Origin: Vitrella brassicaformis CCMP3155
Taxonomy: Eukaryota; Protista; Chromerida
NCBI GenBank assembly: GCA_001179505.1
Contig: CDMY01000573.1
Coordinates: forward strand, 1 to 48,865
DNA length: 48,865 nucleotides
Direction: 5' to 3'
Both the position numbers and the translations under genes were made by a program. Positions 10,191 to 21,953 of this stretch are shown one piece after another. The notes under the pieces are model-generated. The model was not told the origin of the DNA and did no database searches. It was given only the letters and a program-made list of their open reading frames with translations. The stretch's first letter is position 1. Each line of letters begins with the position of its first letter.

Positions 10191-13100
10191 ATGTTTTTTG
10201 AGCCCCGCATGATGTCGTCCGGCATGCGTGGCTTCACCCTCTTCATTCTCGTCTTATTTGCTGTTGCTCTAGTCGGGGCGGACATTGATGGAGGAGATTC
10301 AACCGAGGGCATGGTGTCATTCCGTGTGGGCGTCGTGCATTCATCATCATTGGGCGGCGATGCATCGTCTTCGACGGACATCTGTGGTGAATACGGCGTG
10401 TTGACGGCCATTGAGCATGTCAGCTGGCCCACTCGTGACAGCAGCCTGGTGCCGCTGGTGGCCCTTTTTCGGCCCTTCCACCTCACTTATTCGGTCATCA
10501 ACGGCGGCAGTGCCACGGCGGACGGCGATAACGACCCCATTGCAACGCCCCTGGCCGTCATCAGCCCGGCCGCTGATCAGATCGGCACCATTAACGCGAC
10601 TCGCCAGCTGCCCCGCATCGTCCTGACTGAGCCACAGAATGAGGGCCCTGCCCATGAGGCCATTGCGGCAGCCATCAGTGCCCGCCGAGCCAAGGCGAAT
10701 ACAGACGGCCGGGCTTTTCGGGGGCAGCAGGGCGATGCCGCCTCTGGTGATGAGTGCGGATCGGTGGGCGTGTCGGCGTACATGAGCACGGTGCTGTTGG
10801 CGCATGCCATCCACCGTGCCTGGCTGGGCGTGGAGGCAATGGGACTCACTCACGCACACGTCACGCCGCAGCACGTGGCACACGAGATCAACCAACACGA
10901 AGTCATCCACACCACACACGGTAAGACAACAAAATGAAGAGAAAGCAGGACAACATACCAACGGTGTCTCCTTGCATGCATGCAGGCCTCACCGGGATGC
11001 TCGTCGCCCACGATGAGACGGACAACACGTATTCCCTTATCCACCAGCAGCATCATGCAATGGAGTACGAAGGCGATGAAGACATGCCGACAAATCTCAT
11101 TGAGTCTCGCATGCTCACCGACGAGTCATCCATGAGCACGGAGCCACTCCGCCATCTCCAATCTTTCTCAGGCGGGATATCTGCGGGCAAAAAGGCGGTC
11201 GGCACACGCTTCACGTTTGTCTTCGGGTCAACCACTCTCTACTGGATCGCTGTAAGGACCGGCCGGCAGAGACACACGTCTCTCGGCTTTTTCTTATATT
11301 GATTTCTTTGTTCAGCTTCGTGCGAGCAACATGCTGCGCAAGGATGCCCCCATCAGCCAGCTGCGTGTGTACCGGAAGCCAGATTTTCCCAACAAGGGCA
11401 AAGGGCACTGGGCCTTCATGGAAAAGAAAATGACCGGCGACAACCTCAACTGGCTGGTAGGTTTAAGCGCACACATCTGCCAGCAGAGACAAGACCTGAT
11501 AGCATCTGTTCTGTGCATGCTTGCAGGGTTCGTCGATTAACGTGGTGAAGAGTGCACCGCAGATGTACTGGCGGCCGAGCTTTCATGTCGAAGTCACGGC
11601 GGCAGATGTGAGAAGAAAGCCTTACCGGGAAGCAGCGCACTTCTGTCAATTGTCATGTCTCCGCGCATGCAGGGTGCCTTTGCTCGAGGTGTTATCAAGG
11701 CACGCGAAGATGTGGGCAAAACAATCGTCACTGACATCGTCCCACAGGTACGACAAAGGGAGCAATGCCCACCCTCTCTCTCTTCCGCTCTCTCCTCCTC
11801 TTCGTTACGTCCAGCCGATCCCCAATTGCGCGAGAATGTTCACCGATTACAAGTGTCCTGGTGACTGCGCCAAGGTGATCAAAGGCACCGTCGGCAGCGC
11901 GTCAGGCTGCCAGACGAGATGCCAGCGCAACGAGGACGGCTTCCCATGCCGCCACTGGAAGTGGAACTTCGAGTCCAAGCAGTGCACACTCTTCAAGGGA
12001 AATGGCAACAAGATCATCCTGCAGCAGAGCCCATCAGCAGGCAGCTTCATCTACGGGCCCAAACACTGCAGGATCGGTCAGCCGGAAAGACCAGATGCTG
12101 ACGGTCCCTGCGTATGTCCCATCAATATGTGTCGCCCTCTATTGTCATGGCAGGGTGCTACACGCCGTTTACGAAAATGCCCGGCAAGAATTTGATGAAG
12201 GACAAGACGATCGAGAAGCATGTTTTGTCGGCAACGCTCTGCCAGGAAGAGTGCCTGTACACCCCCGGCTGCAAGGCCTTTACGTTTTGGTTCGACCGCC
12301 GCCCCAAGGCAGACCGCCTCAAGAAAAAAGCTGACAAGAGCACCACCGTTTGCGAGCTCTACAATGACGACCAAGGAGCAGAGATCATCGACTCTAGCAA
12401 ACGAGAATACAACTCCATGGGACCGTCGGTCTCTGGATCACCCAAGTGCCCCGACTTCGGTAAGCAAGTGGAATGGACGGAGAGAGAGACAGAGACACAC
12501 GTTCATTTTCCTTGTCTCTCTTCCATCAGCTTGTCTGAAGACGGGCAGGGCCCTGTCCGGCAAGAACCTCCCGCAGACCAAGTACGGGAAGGGCGAAGTG
12601 CGGGCCGGATCCCTAGAGGAGTGCCTCGGCATCTGCATGCGGCACCGACAGTGCCAGTTCTTCCAATACGACGGCGGCATGAAGAAGGGCGGCGTCAACT
12701 GTTTCCTCAAGGGCGACAAGGGCAAGGAGACGCCATCCAAGAACAGCAGGCTCACATGGGCCCCCGCCATCTGCATGGGAGGCAAGTCCACAGAAAGAGA
12801 CATGAGTTCAGATGCTGTGAGTGCCATGTCTCGTGTGTCTGGTTTGATTGATGGGTCATGCAGAGAAGGACATGGCTCGGTGCGCCAAGAGGGACAGCTT
12901 CTACGAGCAAGCGGGCGAGTTTCTCCGTCTCTCGTACATAACGACGCCCGCCGAGTGTGCGCTTACGTGCTTCAACGACGTCGAGTGCTACTTCTGGTAC
13001 TGGACCAGCGACATCACCGAGAAGGAGCCCTGCCGCCTGGTCGGTAGACAGTCCAAGCTCCAGAGCAACCCGCAGCAGTCCCTCCATTCTCTCATCGCTG

Positions 13101-15094
13101 GCCCCAAAAACTGCAACTACCCTGGTGAGAATGCTTGCAGCAGCATTCAAACAGACTCGTCACGCCCGTATGTGTGGGGATGGGTTCGTCAGACCCCAAT
13201 CCGCCGGCCAACAAGGTCCACTTCTGCCAGAGGCATGTGCGCGGCAAGTATGTCGACTACAAGACTGGAATATGCTGCCCCATGGAGTGCCCCGACCAGT
13301 GCAACAAGTGTGGCGCCAACGACAACCCCGAGTGTTGCAGCTTCAAGATCTGGGCGGGACACAGATACGGCATGACCAGGAACAACATCTGCGAGCAAGA
13401 CGGACACGCGCCTTGCAAGTTCCTTGGTGAGCGAGACACAGGCCAAATGAGGTCATTCCTGTAGCGCACTCGCCGCTGTCTCTGCCGGCCTGATGATCAC
13501 AGAACGCCAGATGACATGGGAGCCTTGGTGTGGCCTCGGCAAATGCGCCGTCGTCCCAAAGAGAGCGCAGCTCTTCACACCTGCAAAGGGCAGCGGCAAA
13601 GGTAACGAACGACCCAGACCGCAGCAATCGACCCAGACCATTGTGTTGCTTTTGTCCCTCAGACACGCTTCGTTTCCTGGCTGAGAAGCGTCAGCTGAAG
13701 ATCGGCACGGCCATCTCGTACTGGCTGCGTCGGCAGAAGGAGCTCATGGACATCATCAAGGAGCAATACACCGTCACCGTGGCCAAGTCGGAGTGCAAGC
13801 CGGGGTCGCTGCTGCGGTACAACTGGCGGCCGTGCGACTACCTCATGGACGAAGCCGAGAAGAATGACCAGCTCTTCAAGCTGCACGCCGTCGCATGGTA
13901 CCGGGATGAGCCGATGGTCATCAGGTATGTTGTATGTCTGGGAGGTCAATGCGTCTACATCTCGATCTTGATCTTAATCTTGATCTGTGTACACACCAAA
14001 TCGCAGAGGCAAGAACCCCAAGGAGAAGGACGAGTGGCTCTTCAAGTTCACCGAGCAGTACATCAAGCGCTATCTTCCACGCAAGGCCGCATACCACTTT
14101 GACCTTGCCAACGAGGGTACAACGGAGAACCCCGAGACACTCAAATCAGGCAAGGAAGGCCCGTTTCTGTCTGTGCGTGTCTCGAGCAGCCTTGGAGGAC
14201 GGGCAGGTGTCCGACGGCACCACATGGATCGAGCGCAAGGGCACATGGATGGTTAACATCCCCAACTGGATGCCCCGTCTGTTCGCCAAGGCCCGGCAGG
14301 TGGCCGATTCCCTTAAGAAGCCCATCATCAATGTCTACAACGACTACGGCATCCTGCACGAGGATGGCGGCAAGGGCCGGGCGGTGTACGCTATGGCCAA
14401 GTGGCTCATGAAGCACCCCATGGGCATGTACAAGGGCAGACCCACCATCGATGTCATCGGCTGTCAGACACACATCGACATCGCCTGGGACAAATTCGAC
14501 GCCGCCAGAGCGCAGATGCGCAAGATCGGCTCATTGGGACTGGTAATAATAATGAGACAGCACTGACGAAGGGAGCAAAGAGACGCGTTGGGCTGTGTGT
14601 TGTGTTGTGTGCAGGAGATTGCCATCACTGAGATGGACGTGGGTTGCGGCAAGTGGGTGCCCGGCCAGGGGTACAAGCCGTGCGGCCAGAATTTCGACTT
14701 CGAAAAGGATTACATACAGGTGCGCCCACAAACCAGCCGGAGAGACGCCACGCAATTCTTGGCGAACCTTATATGTGTGTCGTTTCGATGTGTCCCTCCT
14801 TCCCCCTTCTTGATGCAGTCCCAGGTGTTCGCCACCATCATGCGAATCTGCCTGGAGGAGCCCAACTGCACTTCGTAAGAACATGCCCCAAGGCACAAGA
14901 AGCCAACAGCCCCCCAGAGAGACACAGAGACACCCCTCCATGTATGCGTGTGCAGCTTCACAGTGTGGGGTACATACGACCCCACCAACTGGCTCAACAC
15001 GCAGTTCAAGGGCGAGGACCACCCCACACTCATCGGCCGCGGGTGGAAGAAGAAACTCGCCTTCTTTGAGCTCCAGAAGGCGCTCAGCATCTGA
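10191..15094 (+). CDS. Secreted modular protein B, paralog of A: signal peptide, unknown region, 4 PAN/Apple domains, Cys-rich linker, GH10 domain; about 17 exons
   Basis: Exon 1 (10191-10920) splices in phase 1 to 10986. Apple modules lie at about 11815-13125. GH10 motifs LHAVAW, FDLANE, YNDY, DVIGCQTH, ITEMD and TVWG; TGA at 15092-15094. Confidence 0.9.
10316..10930. repeat. Right arm of the ~600-bp inverted repeat (exon 1 of gene B)
   Basis: Matches the reverse complement of about 8915-9510. Confidence 0.9.
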
Positions 15095-15661
15095 CACAGC
15101 TGAGCCTGCCTGCCTAACTTGCTGTCCTTTTTCTGAACCCACCATTCATTCCATCAACCATCCATCCATTCATCCACCACCATTTGTTGAGGCTGCATGT
15201 CAGTGTCACTTTTTGTGAGGGCGCATGGTTCACACGGCTGCTTCATGGTGCTTGGTGGGTGCTGGGAGTGTGTGCGCGCGGTGGATGTGTCCGGGTGAGG
15301 GTGTTGTTCTTCACACGGTATTGTGCATTAGTCAATGCGGCGCTGCTTCCGGCAGGAGTTTTTCCAAGTGACATCCATCTGACGGCCCCGCCCATCTGTG
15401 CTTGCTGCGAATGATGATGTAAGACTTTTGTAATCCCACCCATCGTTGTATGTCTGTCTGTCTGCCTGCCTGTCTGTCTGGCCGCTGCTGTATTGGTGCA
15501 CATGTGTGTGTGTGTGACTAGCTGATGGACCGCCAAGACGACACGAGCGCAAACACTAAAGGAAACAACAACGAAAGATGATCAGGAATGAAGTGAGTCA
15601 CACACTCGCTTCCTCGACATACGCATGAAAAAGCCTCTCCCTCCGGATCCCTTCACTCACA

Positions 15662-18622
15662 TCATCTGCCACGTGTGCGCCTGTCTGGGGAGCGGCTGCT
15701 GCGGTCCCGCCCTCGATCTCTGTCTCTGTCCCTTTCCCGGTCTCTCTCCCTCTCCCCCCGTCGCTCGCGCCGCCGACGGTCATGGTCGCGGTCCCTGTCA
15801 CTCTCCCTCTCCCTGTCCCTCCGGCGGCGGTCGCGGGACTCGCCTGACCTTGACCGTGACCTCGAACGATGCCGCGAACGGGACGAGTGGCGGTCGCCAG
15901 CCTGGTCCCAACGGCTCCTCCTTCTCTCCGCAGGGGTCTCACCCTGAACACGAGAAAGAGTGCAGTCATAGTCTGGTCGATTGATTCGTCCTGTGGTTGT
16001 TTTGTAAGTCCTACCTGTGGCTGTGCCGCTGCAGCAGGTGCGCCGTTGGGCGTGGGGGCGGTGGAGCCGCCCGAGGACCCCACCTTGACTGCAGCAGCTT
16101 CATCGATGGCCGCACTTGGGGCAGCAGCGCTGGCCGGTGGGGGATCGGGGAGGGATGAGGTTGATGATGCTGACGTTGCCGACGGTTGTGTAACGCCCAT
16201 GCCGCTCAGACGGGACTGGACCGACTCCATGGCTGCTGCAACCAGGTGGGCCTTGCCTGACGGATACGACATAAGAATGGTGCAGGGATGGATTCACTCG
16301 GGGATGTGTCGTTGCATACCTGCTGCTGCATCTGGTGGCTGCTGGAGCGGTATGATTCGGGGCACCACTGGGGGAGGGGGAGGGGGTGGGGGAGGGGGTG
16401 CCTCAGCACCCGGCTGCACATCCCACTTCGATGGGCCTCCAAAACGACCTGATGACACGCACACATCCGCCAACAGATACTCCACACACCCCGCAATCTC
16501 TCCTTGTCGCATTTCTGACCTGGCCCAGGCTGCAGCAATGGTCCCTGAGGCGGCGGCATCGTCATGGGCACACCGACACCCATCACACCTGGACACACAC
16601 AAACACCCCACCCGAAAAAGACGATGAGTGCACCTGCCAACCCAACCGCTGGGACGAGCGCCATGCATCGCATACATCAGCCCCATTGCCATTCATCATT
16701 GGAAGCATGTCATCGCACAGGCACATAGACAGGCAGCAGCCCAGCCGAAAAAATCGAGGGAGACGACGGAGGAGGAAGGACCGAGGAACCGATGGACTGC
16801 TGGCTGGCTGGCTCTGGCCGGCTGGATGACGATGACCTCAGAGAGGAGTCCCAACAGGGGGCACTGCGCCACAAGCAAGGCCCGAGAGTGAGCCCGCGCG
16901 CTTGCCGACTGGTTGGCTGGTCGTTTAGACGCGATGCTGTCAGCCACGAGAGGTCCATCGCTGGGAGAGTCAACAACACAATGAGCGACAAGAGAGCGGG
17001 CCCCTCGTGCAATCTCTCCACCTTTCCAGTCAGCACCCACCCAAGGGGGTTGATCGATGAGCTGCCCTCGATTGCTGCTCGGTCGGTCGGTCGGTCGGCT
17101 TGCAGTCAGCTGCCGGGCGGGCGTGGCCATCGGTTCCTCCATCCTCCCTCCTCCGACATCTCGCCTCCACTGGCTGGCTGGCTAGCTGACTGAGTCGCTG
17201 TCTCCCACACCACACTTCCTGTCCCTCACGCCATGACGAGGACGCCTGAATGAATACACATCCCACACACAACCAGTGAGCTCAGGAAGGGATACTCGCG
17301 AAGAATGAGATAGGAAGGAGCAGGCAGACAACAGGCAGGCAGGCAGAACCGATGGACAGCTACCATGCCTCCCTCCCTCCTCCTTCTGCCCCAGACGGGC
17401 AGCTCTATGTGTGAACGCACTAACGCACGAACGAATCGCACCCTTACGCACCGCCCCCACGCACCGCCCCCATGGTTCGGATCCATCACCCACGCGGCCC
17501 CCCTCCCCCTCTACGCGTGTGCGTGTGAATGACGGACGCATACCTTGGGGCGTTGGCATCGCGGGGGGCACTCCGCCGTTGGGCTGCTGAGGCGACCCAC
17601 TGGGGCTCTTCCGGGGGTTCATCAGCAGCTCATTCTGCGCCTTGACTGACGGCAAGCACAAGACAGAAATGGTGATGTGATGAGGGTTGCCTGTCTGTCT
17701 GATCGGTCTGGGATTGTGTTCTGGTGCGCTAACCCACCCAGTTCTTCAAAGTACTCCGATGGCTGTGCGAACGTCTTGGGGTCGTATAGGTGTGTGGGGT
17801 AGTTGGACACGTCGGGGTCCTCTATCTGAAACTTCTCCATAATGCCCTGCACAAGACAAGGCGGAAGGCCGTCGGTGCAATGAATGCTTCTCACGCACAG
17901 CACATGTGGTGGCCGGATGGCTCGGCTGGCTGGGCTGCCTCGGTGTATTGTGGTACCTTACCTGCAGTATATATGGGTTCTTGAGCTGTATGTTCTCCCG
18001 CATCTTTTGGTTGATGGTGATGCCCCGCTCCTTGTAACCATGAAGATTCCTCATGCAATCCTGCAGTGAGTGCAACACATGGCATGCAACACACACACAC
18101 AGAAGGTGGGCTCATTCCTGGTCGGTCGGCGTCAAATCTGCTCACCAGAAACTCGTCCGATGGTCGCACACCTGGCTCTGCTGGCAGGGGAGGAAGGTCC
18201 GACAACTGATGGGGAGATCAATCACGCACACGAACGAACGAACGAACGACATGAGTCCCGCAATGAATGTGTTCATTCACTGTCCCTTTCTCACGTCAGC
18301 TCTTCCCCACCTCATCGAGCTCGCCGTTTGCCGCAGTCTTCAGAGCGTCCTCCACGTCCATCCCGCCCTCTCCCTCCCCACCCTGTCCGCCGGGAGAGGC
18401 CGCATCCACACCTGCGAAACTCGTCGTCGACGACACAGCCGCCTCCCTCGATGCACTCCTGTCGCTCCCCCCCTTGGCATCATCCGCAATCACGTCGGCA
18501 GCCGCCACGCCGTCTGGCTGAGCATCAGGCTGCTGGACGGCGTCACGTGGCTCATCTGCCTGCTCGTGTTCCTCCTCGTCTTCCGAGTCGATGTCGTAGC
18601 CTACAAGGTTCTTCTTGGGCAT
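15662..18622 (-). CDS. SAP30BP: SAP30-binding protein (HCNGP family), probably continuing into Pro-rich and Arg/Ser/Asp-rich (RS-like) C-terminal exons
   Basis: MPKKNLVGYDIDSEDEEE start and LPPLPAEP...INQKMRENIQLKNPYILQGIMEKFQIEDPDVSNYPTHLYDP resemble HCNGP motifs. A phase-1 donor near 17543 is compatible with a phase-1 acceptor near 16590. The link across 16590-17540 is uncertain. Confidence 0.7.
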
Positions 18623-18818
18623 CGCTGGCTGCAGCGATGCGATGCCACAAACTCCACAAACGAACTCCTCCCTGACGTCGACCTTCGTACATTTTGAGCT
18701 CGCAGTTGGAGGAGGAGAGGAAGGAAAGGGAAAAGGCATTCAAAGGCGTGACCCGGTGTCCGTCAGGCGTGTGCCCTTCGTCATTTTTTTATCGTTTCCT
18801 GCGAAGCGACCGTCTCGG

Positions 18819-19347
18819 ATGGTTCTCAAGATGGCCCTGCAGCAGGGGATGTTCCCGGGCGCCCTGTCCCGTTTCCTGTTCAAGAAGGGGGCGGGCGCCG
18901 TCAGCAACACACGCTTGTTTGAATACAGGTGTGGTGGGCAAAGAACGACCACAAAAGGACAGACAGGAAGCGTATGACAATCAATGTGCTGTCTGCCTGC
19001 CTTCCTGCTCGTTGCAGCATCAAGACGACTGTGTGCCGTGCGGTGCCGACCTCTGCGTCGGTGGCTCCACAGCCCAGCTCGGTGCTCAACAAGCAGAGCA
19101 CGGCCTCGTACGGCAGCGTGCCGTCATCGATGAGCACGGAGCCTGACCTGCACCACGTGACGCCCAAGTTCCACACAGAGGTGAGTAGAGTGAGGGAGGA
19201 AGGGAGCGGGCGAGAGAGAGAGAGAGAAGGGGAAGGAGGAAGACACGGATTGTGTGTCTGGTTCGTTGATTCGTTTGCACACTGCAGATGGCATCTCACG
19301 AGGTGACGTGGCAGGAGCTGCAGACCAAGGGGTTCGTCGGCTGCTAG
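18819..19347 (+). CDS. Small 110-aa three-exon protein; N-terminus resembles a mitochondrial presequence; unknown function
   Basis: Exons 18819-18928, 19018-19180 and 19288-19347 splice in frame via GT-AG and end in VTWQELQTKGFVGC*. Confidence 0.7.
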
Positions 19348-19469
19348 ATCGGACACACACAGCCGACGGCCTCAAACACGGTGGCGTTCATTTACAGCTC
19401 TCTATATATCCCCCATAGCTACAGATACGCCTGGCTGCGGGTGAGTCTGGCTGCCGACCTTGGCCTGGT

Positions 19470-19940
19470 GTGTCTGGCTGTCTGTCTGTCTGCCAGTGTT
19501 TCCTACGCCTAATTTGGCGTGACTGGTTACCTGCTAGCGCGCGCATGGGAGTTCTCGGTCTTGTCCCTGCCTGCCTGCCTGCCTGCTTGCCTGGATGGAT
19601 GGATGTGTGGGTGTCTAAGTGTTTTGAAGAAGCGAGGGCTGTTGGTTGTATTTTTCTCCTCGACACCGGATGGGGTATGAGCTGTGCGAGTGATTTTTCG
19701 CCCGCCCAGTGATATGGGGGGCTGGGCTGCTTTGCTTTGCTGCGCTGCGCTGCGCTGCGCTGCATGGTGCGTGGGTCTCATAGTGGTTTTGCACAGACGA
19801 GGAAGGCATGAAGGGAAATGGGGGAGTGGATGGGGGATTGGATTGGATTGGGTGGGAGAGGCTCGTGTGATCGTGTGTGTGTGTGTGCCTTGCATGGGCA
19901 TCGATTGCGTGTTGTGTGCAGAGAGATAGATAGATTGCCA
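19470..19940. repeat. Intergenic mosaic of short tandem repeats (CTGT, GCCT, GGAT, GCTGC, GATTG, GT, GATA)
   Basis: Directly visible short arrays. Confidence 0.7.
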
Positions 19941-20129
19941 GACAATTGAGATGGGCTGCATGACAGGATGGGGCGAGGGGCGGGAAGAACACTGGCTGGA
20001 TGACTGTTGGACAAAATGGAATCGAGCCGTCTTGGGTCGCTGCGCAATCAGATCTCTATCTCTAGTTTAAATCCCTCACTATCCCCTCCCCCATGCCATG
20101 CAACACATCCACAAGCCATATATGATCAC

Positions 20130-21630
20130 TCACGCAGTCCCACCTTCTTCCCCTTCAACAATCACCTCCTCATCCTCCCACTCATCATCTTCCGTAGCAC
20201 CCACCGCATCTGCTTCTGCTGCCTCAGGGCACATTTCTGCCTCCTCCCCTCCCTGTGCGCTCTCGAATGACGGTGTCCGCTCACTCGCCCACGATCCCCC
20301 AGGCACATTCAGGGCGGCCGACGGCGGCACCATCCTCACAGGGCTGCTCGCTTCCACATGTGGGACTATCGGTGAGGTGTCTCTTCTCGGATGGACAGCA
20401 GGGGGCGGTGACAAGGCGCGTGGCTCCTCGACTGTCTCGTCTGGCCGCTCAAGGATCGGCGGCAGGGAGGGGCTTCGCTGTCTCCCCCCATGAGACATCG
20501 GCGAGCCGAATGGCTCGATGGGTCTTCTTTCAACGTAGTGCAGCGATAGCGGGCTGAGCAAGCCACCAGAGAGACTGGCCTGTGTGCTCGATGGCGAGGC
20601 GCTTTCGTCGGAGGGAGGGCCCCTGACGAGAGGGGAAGGCAGAGACGCGCGATGTTGTGGCGCTGCGGTGACTTCTATTATGGTGCCGGGGGGCAGCAAC
20701 TCCATGTCTCGGGGGAACGCGGGACGAAGAGGCGTTGACGAAGGGTCTTTGCGACGTTGGCTCGAGCCTGACTTGTCTCCCTGAACAAACAAGAAAGGAC
20801 ATTGTATATACGGCCACAGGAAGACAAAGAGTTTGTTACTGTTCTCTGAATCACCTGCAGCGGAATTACTGCCATTCTGCTGGCTGGAAGCATTTCTGGC
20901 ATCTCTCGCCCCTCCCGGACGTAATGTGACCTCTCATCCTTCCTTCCAACGACCCTTTCTGCCCTCCGCACCGACCGACTCTGAGTCTCAGCCGGCACCA
21001 GTGACGAGCATTGCCTGACCTCGGGATCCCTGAAGGTCAGGAAGACCTTCTCCTGTCTCTTCCCCTCCTCCCCACGGACATATTCCTCGACGTCATACAA
21101 ACAGGGGCTCCTCGGTGGCAGCTTGGTCTCCTGCCTCATGCGCCGCTGCTCGATGCGGCTGGTGATCGCGCTGGGAGGCCCTGAACAGCCTTTCCGCAGG
21201 CAGGTGGACCGCTCGCTTTCGTGGACGGAGAGATGGGCCACCACGTCCAGCATCGCCAGAGGGGGGAGAGGGCCTTCCTGCGACGGTTGGGCGGTGTGCG
21301 ATTCGGCAGGGTGGTGCAAAGTGACGTTGGTGGTCACTCTGACAGGAACAAGCAGCCGTCATTCGTGTGCTATCTCTCTGTATCCTTCATCGCTCGAACC
21401 TGGCTCGGGCAGACATTCTTTTGGGCATTGGGTGCGATTCCCCTACGGCAGAGATGTTGTCGGGGGTCCTCAGAGACACACTCGGTGCCTCCTCAGCCTT
21501 GTCAATCAGCGTCGGGAAAGTCCCTGCATCCGCGGAGCGGACGCTCACACTCATAGCAGTGTCCCTCTGTGCGAAGCTGTCCTCCGTGCGCGGCTGGCTG
21601 GATCGCCGCACCCCGCCAATCACACCTGAG
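20130..21630 (-). CDS. Hypothetical low-complexity Pro/Ser-rich protein with an acidic C-terminus; start uncertain
   Basis: A 220-aa open frame ends ...EDDEWEDEEVIVEGEEGGTA*; upstream open segments have plausible splice sites; no domain recognised. Confidence 0.5.
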
Positions 21631-21953
21631 CAGACGCACACGGGGAGGAATTCGTCGAAGACATGAGCAAGATCTTACGTGGCGGGACAAGCCAACAGGA
21701 GCCACCAGAGCTGCGATGCGCCATTACTTTCTCGACAAGGTAGTGAGGGCTCTTCTGACAGAGTCTCTTGCAGTGTCCTGAGACGGAGACAGACACGCGA
21801 ACACATTCGTACTCATGGGGCCCTTCGAATTGCGTCTTCCAAATACCGTTTTGCGAGGCAGATGCGGACAATCGGACGCGCTGACCCTGCTCACCTTTTT
21901 TTCTCCTGTGGTTTAGCTCGCAGACGCGCAGCGCGCAATCCGAAGGGAATCTG

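Noticed and set aside
16670-16700. Box C (ATGATGA) and box D (CTGA) on the minus strand as a snoRNA
   Set aside because: The boxes are only about 12 nt apart and no suitably spaced second D box was found.
21170-21215. ERSTCLRKG resembling the dCMP deaminase motif
   Set aside because: No HAE or PCxxC zinc motifs occur nearby; a chance match.
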